Part shown: positions 8,841 to 18,371 of the stretch, one piece after another
Layout of the letters: the number at the start of each line of letters is the position of its first letter
How positions within the stretch are numbered: position 1 is the first letter of the stretch
Source: Promethearchaeota archaeon
GTDB lineage: Archaea > Asgardarchaeota > Lokiarchaeia > Sigyniarchaeales > SOKP01
Length of the DNA stretch: 64,000 bases
Assembly (NCBI GenBank): GCA_016840165.1
Contig: JAEOSU010000032.1
Location: 74,680 to 138,679 of the forward strand
Direction of reading: 5' to 3'
The notes under the pieces: generated by a model
What the model saw: only the letters and a program-made list of their open reading frames with translations
Told to the model about the DNA's origin: nothing
Database searches by the model: none
Program-made: the position numbers and the translations under genes

Positions 8841-10079
8841 ATGAAAGTAAATAGACGAAAGGAATTATTTGGAGATGTCAGTGACGATGATTGGAATAAT
8901 TGGCGATGGCAATTTAAGTCCAGAATTACAACCTTAGAAGAGTTAAAAGAGTATATTCCATTGACTAAGGAAGAAGATGACCCTCGAATTCAGGAGAAAA
9001 TGCGGATGGCTATTACTCCATACTATCTCTCATTAATTGACCCACACGATCCATGGGATCCTATCAGAAAACAAGCTATACCGACAATACACGAACTTGC
9101 CCGAGCATCAGAAGATCTTGAAGACCCTCTCCATGAAGATGTGGACTCTCCTACTCCTGGTTTAACACATAGGTATCCTGATCGTGTATTATTTCTCGTA
9201 ACTGAAAATTGTTCAATGTATTGTAGACATTGTACCAGAAGGAGATTCGCTGGTCATCATGATAAAGCACCGCCTCAGATACAAATCGATAAGTGCATTG
9301 ACTATATTAAGGAGACTCCAGCTATTCGGGATGTGCTTTTATCTGGGGGAGATGCACTTCTCATATCTGATAACACTTTAGAAAGTATTTTAAAAGAGCT
9401 AATTGAAATTCCTCATGTGGAGATTATTAGGATAGGTTCAAGAACGCCAGTAGTCATGCCCCAAAGAATTACTCCCCAACTTTGTGAAATGCTGAAAAAT
9501 TACCATCCGATTTGGTTTAATACCCATTTTAATCATCCTAATGAAATCACTTCAGATTCTAAACGTGCTTGTGAGATGTTAGCAGATGTTGGGATTCCTA
9601 TGGGCAACCAATCAGTCCTATTAAGGGGAGTAAATGATTGTATTCACGTTATGAAAAAACTGGTCCATGAATTAGTAAAAATCCGCGTTCGCCCTTATTA
9701 TATATATCAATGTGACTTATCAATAGGCTTAGGTCATTTTCGGACAACTGTATCTCAAGGTATCGAAATTATCGAAGGCCTCCGTGGTCATACATCGGGA
9801 TTATGCGTTCCTACCTTTGTTGTTGATGCCCCTGGAGGCGGGGGAAAAATTCCTGTAATGCCCGATTATACAATATCTCAAGGTCATAAACGAGTGGTAT
9901 TAAGAAATTTTGAAGGGGTTATTACAACTTACGAGGAACCTGAAGATTATGTGCCAGGATGCAGATGTGAGGAGCAAGAGAAACAAATTGGAGTTTCAGC
10001 GCTATTAAGTGGACAAAAAATAACGATAGAACCTAGTGATTTAGAACGAAATTTAAGACGGCGACGATTAACCAAATAA
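8841..10079 (+). CDS. kamA: Lysine 2,3-aminomutase (radical SAM, PLP)
   Basis: GLTHRYPDRVL, CSMYCRHCTRRR (CxxxCxxC), VLLSGGD, PGGGGKIP (PLP Lys), RNFEG. Confidence 0.95.
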   Translation: MKVNRRKELFGDVSDDDWNNWRWQFKSRITTLEELKEYIPLTKEEDDPRIQEKMRMAITPYYLSLIDPHDPWDPIRKQAIPTIHELARASEDLEDPLHEDVDSPTPGLTHRYPDRVLFLVTENCSMYCRHCTRRRFAGHHDKAPPQIQIDKCIDYIKETPAIRDVLLSGGDALLISDNTLESILKELIEIPHVEIIRIGSRTPVVMPQRITPQLCEMLKNYHPIWFNTHFNHPNEITSDSKRACEMLADVGIPMGNQSVLLRGVNDCIHVMKKLVHELVKIRVRPYYIYQCDLSIGLGHFRTTVSQGIEIIEGLRGHTSGLCVPTFVVDAPGGGGKIPVMPDYTISQGHKRVVLRNFEGVITTYEEPEDYVPGCRCEEQEKQIGVSALLSGQKITIEPSDLERNLRRRRLTK

Positions 10080-10097
10080 TATTAAAAATTTTATTTT

Positions 10098-11138
10098 TTG
10101 CCAAATATGGAGTTTATAGAATTTATACAAAAGATATTATTGGACCATAAAATCATATCAATTATTGGTTTGGCTAAAAACGTAAGTAAAACAACGACAT
10201 TAAATCATATTTTAAATCAATTATCATCCACTCATCAATTAGGATTAACTTCAATAGGAAGAGATGGTGAGAGGTATGATATTATTTCAGAATTCCCTAA
10301 ACCACGGATTAAAATAAAAAAGGGTACTTTTGTTGCCACAGCTGAGGAGAGTATAAAAAATAGTGAAATAGATGTAAAGGAAATATTAAATACGAACATC
10401 TCAACACCAATGGGAAAGGTACTGATTTTAATGGCAATGAGCGAAGGCTTTATTGAATTAGCAGGTCCATCGAATAACTCTGGTCTTAAGAAAGTATGTA
10501 AACAATTGATAGATCTTAAATGCGATTTGATTTTAATAGACGGTGCTTTTGATCGAAAATCTTTCGCATCTCCCTTAATATCCGATGCTACCATTCTAAG
10601 CACTGGTGCTTCAGTTTCAAAAGATTTTAACAAAGTTGTGGATGAAACTACTCATATAATTAAGTTATTATCCATTGAAATTGAGGAGGATCCAAGCGTA
10701 CGTAGCCTCATCAATGAATTATTAAGTCATGAGAAAGTAGGATTCATATTTGAAGATAAATCAACTAAGAGTCTGGATTTGGCAACAGCATTAACTTCAG
10801 GAAGTAAAATTGGAAAAATGCTAACCGATAACTTGCGATACGTAATCATTAATGGAGCTATTACGGATAGACTTCTGGAAGATATTATGAAATCAACAAA
10901 AAAGTATGTTGGTATTACTTTTATTGTTGAAAATGCCACAAAGCTGTTTATAAGTAAGAATATATTTAATAAATTTCTAAAGAAAGGTGGAAAAATTAAA
11001 ACTTTGCATCCAATTAATATTATTGCGATCACCATAAACCCCACCTCTCCATATGGATATAATTTCGATAAAAATGTTTTTTTTAAAACTTTACAAGATA
11101 AAATTAAGATCCCAATCTTTGATCTCGGACCAAATTAA
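10098..11138 (+). CDS. kamB: KamB-like P-loop protein (putative aminomutase reactivation factor component)
   Basis: SIIGLAKNVSKTTTLN, LTSIGRDGE, ELAGP, IDGAFDRKS, NPTSPYG; canonical position between kamA and kamD. Start is TTG 10098 or ATG 10107. Confidence 0.75.
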   Translation: MPNMEFIEFIQKILLDHKIISIIGLAKNVSKTTTLNHILNQLSSTHQLGLTSIGRDGERYDIISEFPKPRIKIKKGTFVATAEESIKNSEIDVKEILNTNISTPMGKVLILMAMSEGFIELAGPSNNSGLKKVCKQLIDLKCDLILIDGAFDRKSFASPLISDATILSTGASVSKDFNKVVDETTHIIKLLSIEIEEDPSVRSLINELLSHEKVGFIFEDKSTKSLDLATALTSGSKIGKMLTDNLRYVIINGAITDRLLEDIMKSTKKYVGITFIVENATKLFISKNIFNKFLKKGGKIKTLHPINIIAITINPTSPYGYNFDKNVFFKTLQDKIKIPIFDLGPN

Positions 11139-11163
11139 ATAATAAATAAAGGAATTAGGAATC

Positions 11164-12750
11164 ATGAAAAAAAATAGAGAGCTTAAAAATAAAAAGCTAA
11201 AACTTAACCAATCTTTAATAAGAGAAGCCAGAGAAATGGCAAAAAAAACAGCATTGGAAGTTCAAAATTTTATTGATCAGCATACTACCACCACCATCGA
11301 AAGAACAATATGTCGATTATTAGGAATCGATGGAGTGAATGAATTTGATATACCCCTCCCAAATGTAGTTGTAGATACACTATGGAAAGAGAACCATCTC
11401 GGTAAGGGTGTTGCTTTTTTTATGGGGAATGCGATTCTTCACTGGGGTTTAAATCCTCAAGCGATCGCTGAAAAAATGATAGAAGACGACTTTGATTTCC
11501 ATGAAATTCCAACTCACGATATTTCTGCTATAAAAGATGCGATTAATCCAATTGTAGAAACTACACTAAATAGGATACTTCATAATAAGCAAGAAAGAGA
11601 AGATTTTTTGAAGAAATATGGAGATAAAACAGAGCCTTTAATCTATGTAATCGTAGCTACAGGTAATATTTATGAAGATATAATCCAAGCTCAAGCAGCA
11701 GCAAAGCAAGGAGCTGACGTTATAGCCGTAATACGATCTACAGGGCAGAGTCTATTGGATTATGTCCCTTATGGTCCTACAACAGAGGGTTTTGGAGGAA
11801 CTTTTGCTACTCAAGAAAATTTTAAACTAATGAGAAAGGCTTTAGATGAGGTAGGAGAGGAACTTGGAAGGTATATTAGGTTAACCAATTATTGTTCAGG
11901 GTTGTGCATGCCAGAGATTGCTGCGATGGGAGCATTTGAACGATTAGATATGATGTTAAATGATGCACTCTATGGAATTTTATTTCGAGATATAAATATG
12001 AAGAGAACTATGATAGATCAGTATTTCTCTCGTGTGATTAATGCATTTGCGGGAGTAATCATTAATACAGGAGAGGATAACTACCTAACTACCGATGACG
12101 CTTATGAAGCCGCCCACACAGTTCTCGCATCGCAGTTTATTAATGAGCAATTCGCATTATTAGCCGGGTTAAAGGAAGAACAGATGGGATTAGGCCATGC
12201 GTTTGAAATGAATCCCGATCTAAAAAATGGCTTTTTATATGAGTTAGCTCAAGCGCAAATGGCTCGTGAGATCTTCCCAAATGCGCCATTAAAGTACATG
12301 CCGCCTACTAAATATATGACTGGAAATATTTTCAGAGGCCACGTTCAAGATGCACTATTCAATATCATTACGATAATGACGGATCAAAGAATCCATCTCT
12401 TAGGAATGCTTACAGAGGCTATCCATACACCGTTTATGAGCGATAGAGCTTTATCAATTGAAAATGCTAAATATATTTATAATAATCTAGCTGCCTTTGG
12501 AGAAGAAGTTTATTTTAAAGAGAATGGCATCATCCAAAATAGAGCAAATAAAGTATTAGAAAAGTCATTAGATTTACTTAAGGAAATCCAGCATCATGGC
12601 TTATTTAAAACTATTGAATTAGGAAAATTTGCAGGGATCAAAAGACCCATTGATGGCGGTAAAGGTTTAGAAGGGGTTTTAAAAAAGGAAAAGGAATATT
12701 TTAACCCCTTTCTGGAAGAAATGTTAAAAAAACTGGGAGGTGATGCTTAA
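11164..12750 (+). CDS. kamD: Lysine 5,6-aminomutase alpha subunit
   Basis: IYVIVATGNIYED, RSTGQSLLDYVPYG, NYCSGLCMPEIA, KYMPPTK. Confidence 0.95.
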   Translation: MKKNRELKNKKLKLNQSLIREAREMAKKTALEVQNFIDQHTTTTIERTICRLLGIDGVNEFDIPLPNVVVDTLWKENHLGKGVAFFMGNAILHWGLNPQAIAEKMIEDDFDFHEIPTHDISAIKDAINPIVETTLNRILHNKQEREDFLKKYGDKTEPLIYVIVATGNIYEDIIQAQAAAKQGADVIAVIRSTGQSLLDYVPYGPTTEGFGGTFATQENFKLMRKALDEVGEELGRYIRLTNYCSGLCMPEIAAMGAFERLDMMLNDALYGILFRDINMKRTMIDQYFSRVINAFAGVIINTGEDNYLTTDDAYEAAHTVLASQFINEQFALLAGLKEEQMGLGHAFEMNPDLKNGFLYELAQAQMAREIFPNAPLKYMPPTKYMTGNIFRGHVQDALFNIITIMTDQRIHLLGMLTEAIHTPFMSDRALSIENAKYIYNNLAAFGEEVYFKENGIIQNRANKVLEKSLDLLKEIQHHGLFKTIELGKFAGIKRPIDGGKGLEGVLKKEKEYFNPFLEEMLKKLGGDA

Positions 12751-12751
12751 A

Positions 12752-13546
12752 GTGGGAGGTGGATTATACTCTACTGATTCAAAAAAATATGATAAAAACC
12801 TTGATTTAACTCAAATCATACCATATGGCGACACGATGAATGATGGGAAGGTTCAGATTAGCTTTACGCTCCCCATCAAGAATGATGCAAAAGCAACTAA
12901 AGTAGCCATGTTATTTTCAAAAAAAATGGGCTTAAAAGATCCGTCAATAGTGCATCAAGAAGAATTATTCGAGAATTTTACTTTCTTCATCATTTATGGA
13001 AGTCTTATCCACACTATTGATTATACAGCCATAAAGTCAGATCAAATTGAAACTGAAGAAATGTCTATGGATGAGATAAATGATTATATAAAAGAAAATC
13101 TAAAACGTAAAGTTATCGTTTTGGGAGCTACTACTGGGACCGATGCTCATACGGTCGGTATTGATGCGATTATGAATATGAAAGGATTTGCTGGGCATTA
13201 TGGATTAGAACGTTATGAGATGCTTGAGGTCTATAACTTGGGTTCTCAAGTATTAAATGAGGATTTCGTACAAAAAGCAATTGAATTAAAAGCAGATGTA
13301 TTGCTTGTATCTCAGACTGTCACTCAAAAAAAGATTCACGTTTTAAATTTAACAAATCTAGTTGAGTTATTAGAGGCAGAAGGAATAAGAGATGATGTGA
13401 TTTTAATCTGTGGAGGTCCACGAATAAGTAATGAACTTGCTAAAGAATTAGGATATGACGCTGGGTTCGGTCCTGGAACATTTGCTGAAAATGTAGCAAG
13501 TTTTTTCATAAAAGAATTAGTAAAAAGGAAAAAAAGAAATTATTAA
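12752..13546 (+). CDS. kamE: Lysine 5,6-aminomutase beta subunit (B12-binding)
   Basis: PYGDTMNDGKVQ, DAHTVG (DxHxxG), MNMKGFAG (PLP Lys), LLVSQTVT. GTG 12752 follows GGAGGTGA (12736-12743); the ORF track start is 12740. Confidence 0.93.
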   Translation: MGGGLYSTDSKKYDKNLDLTQIIPYGDTMNDGKVQISFTLPIKNDAKATKVAMLFSKKMGLKDPSIVHQEELFENFTFFIIYGSLIHTIDYTAIKSDQIETEEMSMDEINDYIKENLKRKVIVLGATTGTDAHTVGIDAIMNMKGFAGHYGLERYEMLEVYNLGSQVLNEDFVQKAIELKADVLLVSQTVTQKKIHVLNLTNLVELLEAEGIRDDVILICGGPRISNELAKELGYDAGFGPGTFAENVASFFIKELVKRKKRNY

Positions 13547-13552
13547 AATATT

Positions 13553-14368
13553 TTACACTGGAATATCCCTTTTATTAAATATAATAATAGATACTATTAC
13601 TAATCCAATCGAATATCCTATTAAGATTATATTATTTATTAAAACATTATCCCATACTTGATTAACCATTAGATTGGATGTTTCGAAGTAATTAAAAATA
13701 CTTAGATATTTAAGAAATTCTAAATTCTCTCCAAAACTTTGCCAATAGACTCCTATGATATAAAAAAATATTACCAGTCCAAGCGTTAATCCTAAAGATT
13801 TACGTGGGGTCAAAAATGTTGAGAAAAATAGTCCAGTACTTATTAAAGCAACCAGAAATACAAATAACCAGACAAAGGCAATAATGAGTTCATTAAAATA
13901 TACGATATTTGGATCAACATTTGGAAATGCAAATATTCCTGCGATTACAGCAATTCCCGCCCAGAAAGTTAAAAATGCTGCTGATGTAACATGCCTTAGA
14001 AACTTTCCAATAACAAATTTCCATCTTTTAATTGGTTTTGATAACATTATATCAATGGTTTTATCGTCAATTTCCTTCGGAATATCTTGTGAAACTTTCA
14101 TCATAAAATAAATTCCAAAGTAGAACCATGAAAGAGAGAAAAGATATACATTTATAAATCCTGTAAATATTGTTAAAGATATAGATTCGCCAATCATTCG
14201 TTGTATTGCTTCAGGATAACCCGCTACTAACTCTTCCAAATCTCCAAAGAGTTCTGGGTCAAACATAGTCGTAAACCATAAGAAAAACAAAGCCATTAAA
14301 ATACTAAAGATCAAAAATCCTTTGAGATTTTGCCTTAAATCATTCCAAGTTATTCTTAGAAATTTCAT
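13553..14368 (-). CDS. ABC-2 type exporter permease
   Basis: About 6 TM helices; EIDDKTIDIMLSKPIKR and FNKRDI motifs; ATGA overlap with the ATPase gene. Confidence 0.85.
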   Translation of the reverse strand: MKFLRITWNDLRQNLKGFLIFSILMALFFLWFTTMFDPELFGDLEELVAGYPEAIQRMIGESISLTIFTGFINVYLFSLSWFYFGIYFMMKVSQDIPKEIDDKTIDIMLSKPIKRWKFVIGKFLRHVTSAAFLTFWAGIAVIAGIFAFPNVDPNIVYFNELIIAFVWLFVFLVALISTGLFFSTFLTPRKSLGLTLGLVIFFYIIGVYWQSFGENLEFLKYLSIFNYFETSNLMVNQVWDNVLINNIILIGYSIGLVIVSIIIFNKRDIPV

Positions 14369-15321
14369 ATCAATCCCTCCTTTACATCAGTCTTTCCTTG
14401 ATAATATTGGAGGAAAATATTCTCTAATGTAGAATGTCTGATAGAAAAATCTTTTATAGCTGTTCCATCCCACTCTTTTTCAAATATTTCATGTAATATT
14501 TCCCTTGATTCTCGAGGAGGAAGTAAGAATTCAATTTGAACATCAAAATTGTATTTCACTATAGCTTGAGGATATTCGCTTGATAAGAAAGAATAAAATG
14601 ATTCCATACTTCTTGGGGATTCAAAAATCAGCTCAATATGTTTGAGATTTTTAGCTTTTAGATCTTGTACATTAGCAATTTCAACTATTTTTCCTTCTTT
14701 TATTATAGCAATGGTATCGCAGAATTTTTCAACTTCTGGTAAAACATGACTTGAAACAAAAACAGTTATATTTGACTCTTTCTGGCGTTCTGATACTATT
14801 CTATAGAATTCTGACTGCATTAATGGATCCAAACCAGATGTAGGCTCATCCATAATAAGAAGATCAAAATCTCCCATCAAAGCAGTCAAAACTCCCACTT
14901 TTTGTTTATTTCCTTTACTTAAAACTTTAGTTTTCCTTCCCATGTCTATTTGAAGGCGTTCTGAAACATCCTGAACAAAATCCCAATCGATCTCAATATC
15001 GTACAGTGTCGCAAAATACTTAATTAAACTTTCGGCAGTCATTTGTTTATATAAACCTAATTCACCGGGTAAATATCCTACTTTATTGCGATACTTTACA
15101 TCCTTCTTAGGATTTATGTTCTCACCGAAAATAGAAATTTGACCTCCATCAAGATTAAGGAATCCAAGAATACAACGTATAGTAGTGGTCTTTCCTGCCC
15201 CATTCGGTCCTAAAAATCCAAATCGTGCTCCTTTTTCTACATTAAACGAAATATCATCAACAGCCTTTACTTTTCCTTTATTATAATATTTTTTAAGATT
15301 TTCAACTTCAATAACATTCAT
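14365..15321 (-). CDS. ABC-2 type exporter ATP-binding protein
   Basis: GPNGAGKT, LSKGNKQK signature, LIMDEPTSGLD, SSH. Confidence 0.92.
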   Translation of the reverse strand: MNVIEVENLKKYYNKGKVKAVDDISFNVEKGARFGFLGPNGAGKTTTIRCILGFLNLDGGQISIFGENINPKKDVKYRNKVGYLPGELGLYKQMTAESLIKYFATLYDIEIDWDFVQDVSERLQIDMGRKTKVLSKGNKQKVGVLTALMGDFDLLIMDEPTSGLDPLMQSEFYRIVSERQKESNITVFVSSHVLPEVEKFCDTIAIIKEGKIVEIANVQDLKAKNLKHIELIFESPRSMESFYSFLSSEYPQAIVKYNFDVQIEFLLPPRESREILHEIFEKEWDGTAIKDFSIRHSTLENIFLQYYQGKTDVKEGLI

Positions 15322-15334
15322 AGTAAAAATTCCT

Positions 15335-15428
15335 TATTTTCATAAATTTTAAAATTTAAAAAGATTCTATGAATTATATATTCAAGTATCTATTTAAATA
15401 TTTTCACAATCTTTAAAATTTGAAAATA
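15335..15428. promoter_or_regulatory. Two copies of a 26-bp quasi-palindromic box between the divergent ABC and regulator genes
   Basis: TTTTCATAAATTTTAAAATTTAAAAA (15337-15362) and TTTTCACAATCTTTAAAATTTGAAAA (15401-15426) match at 22/26. Copy 2 is bounded by TATTTTCA...TGAAAATA. Confidence 0.45.
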
Positions 15429-15466
15429 AAATATAAATATATTAAAACTCTTAATACTTAATAGAG

Positions 15467-16012
15467 ATGCCTAAAGATGAGAAATTATCAAAAGAATATG
15501 TTTATCAAAAAAGAATTCGTGAAATTGAAAAAGAGATTATTGATTTCTTTGTTAAAATTGGAGAACAACGCTATTTAACTCCTAAGTTTTCAATAATTTT
15601 CGGATATTTAATTATTCATCGAGTTCTTTCTCAATCAGAATTAAGTGACCTAACAGGTTATTCAATAGCAACGGTTTCAAATACGCTACGATTAATGCTC
15701 AGCTTAAATTTAGCTAGTAAGCGTCTAAGGCCTAATTCACATGAATATGAGTATTATATCTTCGGGGAAAATACAAGCTTAACTCCACAATCGAGTAAAT
15801 TTAAATTGGAATCCGTACAGCAGGGTTTAGATTTTTTTTCTAATAAAAAGCAGCAGCTTGAAAAGAGCAATCTAAAAGAAAGGAAAGGGTATAATTTATT
15901 ACTCCAAAGAATAGAAGAATTACTTAACTTCTTAATTGTTTGGAAATCAATGATTGAATTCCAGACAACATTATTTATTGAATTTATGAAAAAAAACCAG
16001 CTATCCATTTAA
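15467..16012 (+). CDS. Winged-helix transcriptional regulator (GbsR/MarR-like)
   Basis: LSQSELSDLTGYSIATVSNTLRLM HTH; helical C-terminus. Confidence 0.75.
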   Translation: MPKDEKLSKEYVYQKRIREIEKEIIDFFVKIGEQRYLTPKFSIIFGYLIIHRVLSQSELSDLTGYSIATVSNTLRLMLSLNLASKRLRPNSHEYEYYIFGENTSLTPQSSKFKLESVQQGLDFFSNKKQQLEKSNLKERKGYNLLLQRIEELLNFLIVWKSMIEFQTTLFIEFMKKNQLSI

Positions 16013-16016
16013 TCCT

Positions 16017-16520
16017 ATGAGGAATATCAACCCTATAGATAAAGATGTAGCCAAATTTGAAAAGGAACTTATCGAATTCATGATAAGATCTCCGCTCTTT
16101 TTCGACCAAAATCAAATTTTTTCGATGATTAAATCATATTTTGTAACTCGTAAATACCTTGATCAAGCATCTCTTAGAAAAATTACCGGGCTTTCTGCTG
16201 GAAAAGTATCCCAGGAACTACATAATCTCATTGAAATGGGATTAATAGAAGAAAATAAAATAGAAAATTCTCGAAAGATTATCTACTCAATGAAATCAAT
16301 ACAAAAATCATTTCTTGCATCTGCAATTAATGCAGTAAAAGAGATTGCTGAATGGCAGTCTAATTTAAGAAAAATAAAAGAGGAGCTAGATAGAGATAAA
16401 GAAGAATTGCAAAAACTTAGAGGTTATTCTGACATTTATAAAATTGTCAACCTCTTTTCGATTTCTTTACCTTTGAATGAAAAAATGCTAGAAAAACTAC
16501 AAGAATATTATAATAAATGA
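16017..16520 (+). CDS. Winged-helix transcriptional regulator (GbsR/MarR-like), tandem paralog
   Basis: LDQASLRKITGLSAGKVSQELHNLIEMGLI; starts 4 nt after the previous gene. Confidence 0.75.
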   Translation: MRNINPIDKDVAKFEKELIEFMIRSPLFFDQNQIFSMIKSYFVTRKYLDQASLRKITGLSAGKVSQELHNLIEMGLIEENKIENSRKIIYSMKSIQKSFLASAINAVKEIAEWQSNLRKIKEELDRDKEELQKLRGYSDIYKIVNLFSISLPLNEKMLEKLQEYYNK

Positions 16521-16554
16521 ATTATCGATTCAAAACAATTTTCAAATATTTTAA

Positions 16555-16800
16555 TTATTTCTCCCACGATTTCATTATAACATGAGTATTGCTTTGTACT
16601 ATTCCCTCTATTAAGTCAATCTGATTGGCAAAAATGTCAAATAATTCTTCTGAACTTTCAACTTCAATTTCTGCAAGCAGATCATAGTCTCCAGTTAGCG
16701 ACATTATCTTTTTAATCTGTTGTATCTTTTTTAATTCTTCAATTACCTTATTAATAACACTTAATCCTAGCTTGCAAAACATAACAGCTTTGATTGTCAA
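16555..16800 (-). CDS. Stand-alone Lrp/AsnC ligand-binding (RAM) domain protein, no HTH
   Basis: 81 aa; SLTGDYDLLAEIEV and IEGIVQSNTHVI. TTG start with AAGGGATGA upstream. Confidence 0.85.
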   Translation of the reverse strand: MTIKAVMFCKLGLSVINKVIEELKKIQQIKKIMSLTGDYDLLAEIEVESSEELFDIFANQIDLIEGIVQSNTHVIMKSWEK

Positions 16801-16819
16801 TCTAAATCATCCCTTTTCT

Positions 16820-18136
16820 TTAAGTTATTTTTTCAATCTTATTGATAAAATAAATATCTACTTTTTTAATATCACTTATGCTTTTAAGTTTTTTATCTAC
16901 AAGGTAGTAGAAATCTTTAATCGAGCTAATTTTTATATTTATTAATAAATCATGATAACCAATTAAAGCATGTATAGCAACAATCCCATAATTTTTTAAT
17001 ATTTTAACGGGTAATAACCCCATCGAACCTTTTCTTAAGGTAATTAATAAATAAGCATTTACCATATTTTTAACTTCATGGGCATAACGTAAAATTATGG
17101 AGATCACTATCAGAAAGATGAATATTATCAGAAGCTCAAAAGGAAAGAATTCACTAACTAGAATTACTGACAAGATGATTGAACCCATCGGATCTATCAG
17201 ATTTAAGATACTACTCCACTGGCTATAAGTTAGATTCAATGATTTCCAATTTACATTCGCAAGGTATATGAGTAAATAAGGAATGATGGTCGAGAAAATA
17301 ATGAGATAAATGATTTCCCATCGTTCAAGATATAAGAAGATATTTGTAAATTCATTAAAAAATAAGATAATTTCAAGCTTTAAATCACTAAAAATCGGTA
17401 AGAAATTTAAGACCATTAAAAAGGGTATCATTAGTAAAGTTCCAATAAGAAATGATAAAGACATTTTAATTAAGAATCGTGGAATTTTGTAATATTTATT
17501 TTCATTAATGCTGGTTAACTCCAATTTGGAATATGAATCCTTATTAATGCCTACATAAAGAAATGATATCGAAACACTAAATAAGATAAGATAAACAAAT
17601 CCATTAAGAGAAATTGGTTCACCATGAAGTTGAGCACTTTGATATGAGACAAATAAAATTATTAAAATTGCAAAAAACATCAAAGCAATATATAAGGCTT
17701 TAAAAACATCGAATTTTTCAAAATTTCGACCTGCTTCATATATAGCAATGATAATTACGCTTAATAAGAAACCAATCATCGTAAATGAAATTGACGTGAC
17801 CTTTAATGTGAGAAAAAAGAAGACAAGATTGAGAATAACTCCGCAAAATCCAATTAAAATATAATAGTGATAATTTCGTATATTGTTGAATCTTCTATTC
17901 TTATGCCTAATATTTTCAAACAGGAGTTTGATAGAAATTTTTGCATTATTGGTTAAATGATTATTTATTAGAGTAAACAAAATCGCAATAAATAATAGAA
18001 ATGAGCCCGAGACAGTAAATCGAATAAAAATTATCATAAATACGGAAATCTCGGAGACCAAATCAGAAACTAAAACAGGAATAAAACTCCATAATAGATT
18101 TGCAACAACTATGTTGATTACATACTTGTTCTGCAT
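16820..18136 (-). CDS. DMT/EamA-like transporter fused to a C-terminal Lrp/AsnC RAM domain
   Basis: ANLLWS...IFIRF and STIIPY...NLIDPMGSIILSVILVSE (EamA repeats, about 10 TM). The last 81 aa (MVNAYLLI...ALIGYHDLLINI...) follow the RAM pattern. Confidence 0.75.
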   Translation of the reverse strand: MQNKYVINIVVANLLWSFIPVLVSDLVSEISVFMIIFIRFTVSGSFLLFIAILFTLINNHLTNNAKISIKLLFENIRHKNRRFNNIRNYHYYILIGFCGVILNLVFFFLTLKVTSISFTMIGFLLSVIIIAIYEAGRNFEKFDVFKALYIALMFFAILIILFVSYQSAQLHGEPISLNGFVYLILFSVSISFLYVGINKDSYSKLELTSINENKYYKIPRFLIKMSLSFLIGTLLMIPFLMVLNFLPIFSDLKLEIILFFNEFTNIFLYLERWEIIYLIIFSTIIPYLLIYLANVNWKSLNLTYSQWSSILNLIDPMGSIILSVILVSEFFPFELLIIFIFLIVISIILRYAHEVKNMVNAYLLITLRKGSMGLLPVKILKNYGIVAIHALIGYHDLLINIKISSIKDFYYLVDKKLKSISDIKKVDIYFINKIEKIT

Positions 18137-18371
18137 TAGAATTTCACTTCTATTGATTCTTTAATTTTTTCCCATAAGCTTGGCGAGAGTATATGTAGAA
18201 TTATTTGAATACTTTACGATCTTCATAATAATTTACTCTAGTTTGATTTATAAAACCATCTGTGCCCATTTCATTCCCAACATTAAAATTGATATTGATG
18301 GTCTAATGTTATAGATAAAAATATAAATTATCGGCAATAATCTTACAAAAGAATTACAATAAGAAGATATT

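Noticed and set aside
8841-10079. KamA as osmolyte-pathway AblA or EF-P modifier EpmB
   Set aside because: No ablB or epmA nearby; flanked by kamB/D/E, kdd and kce.
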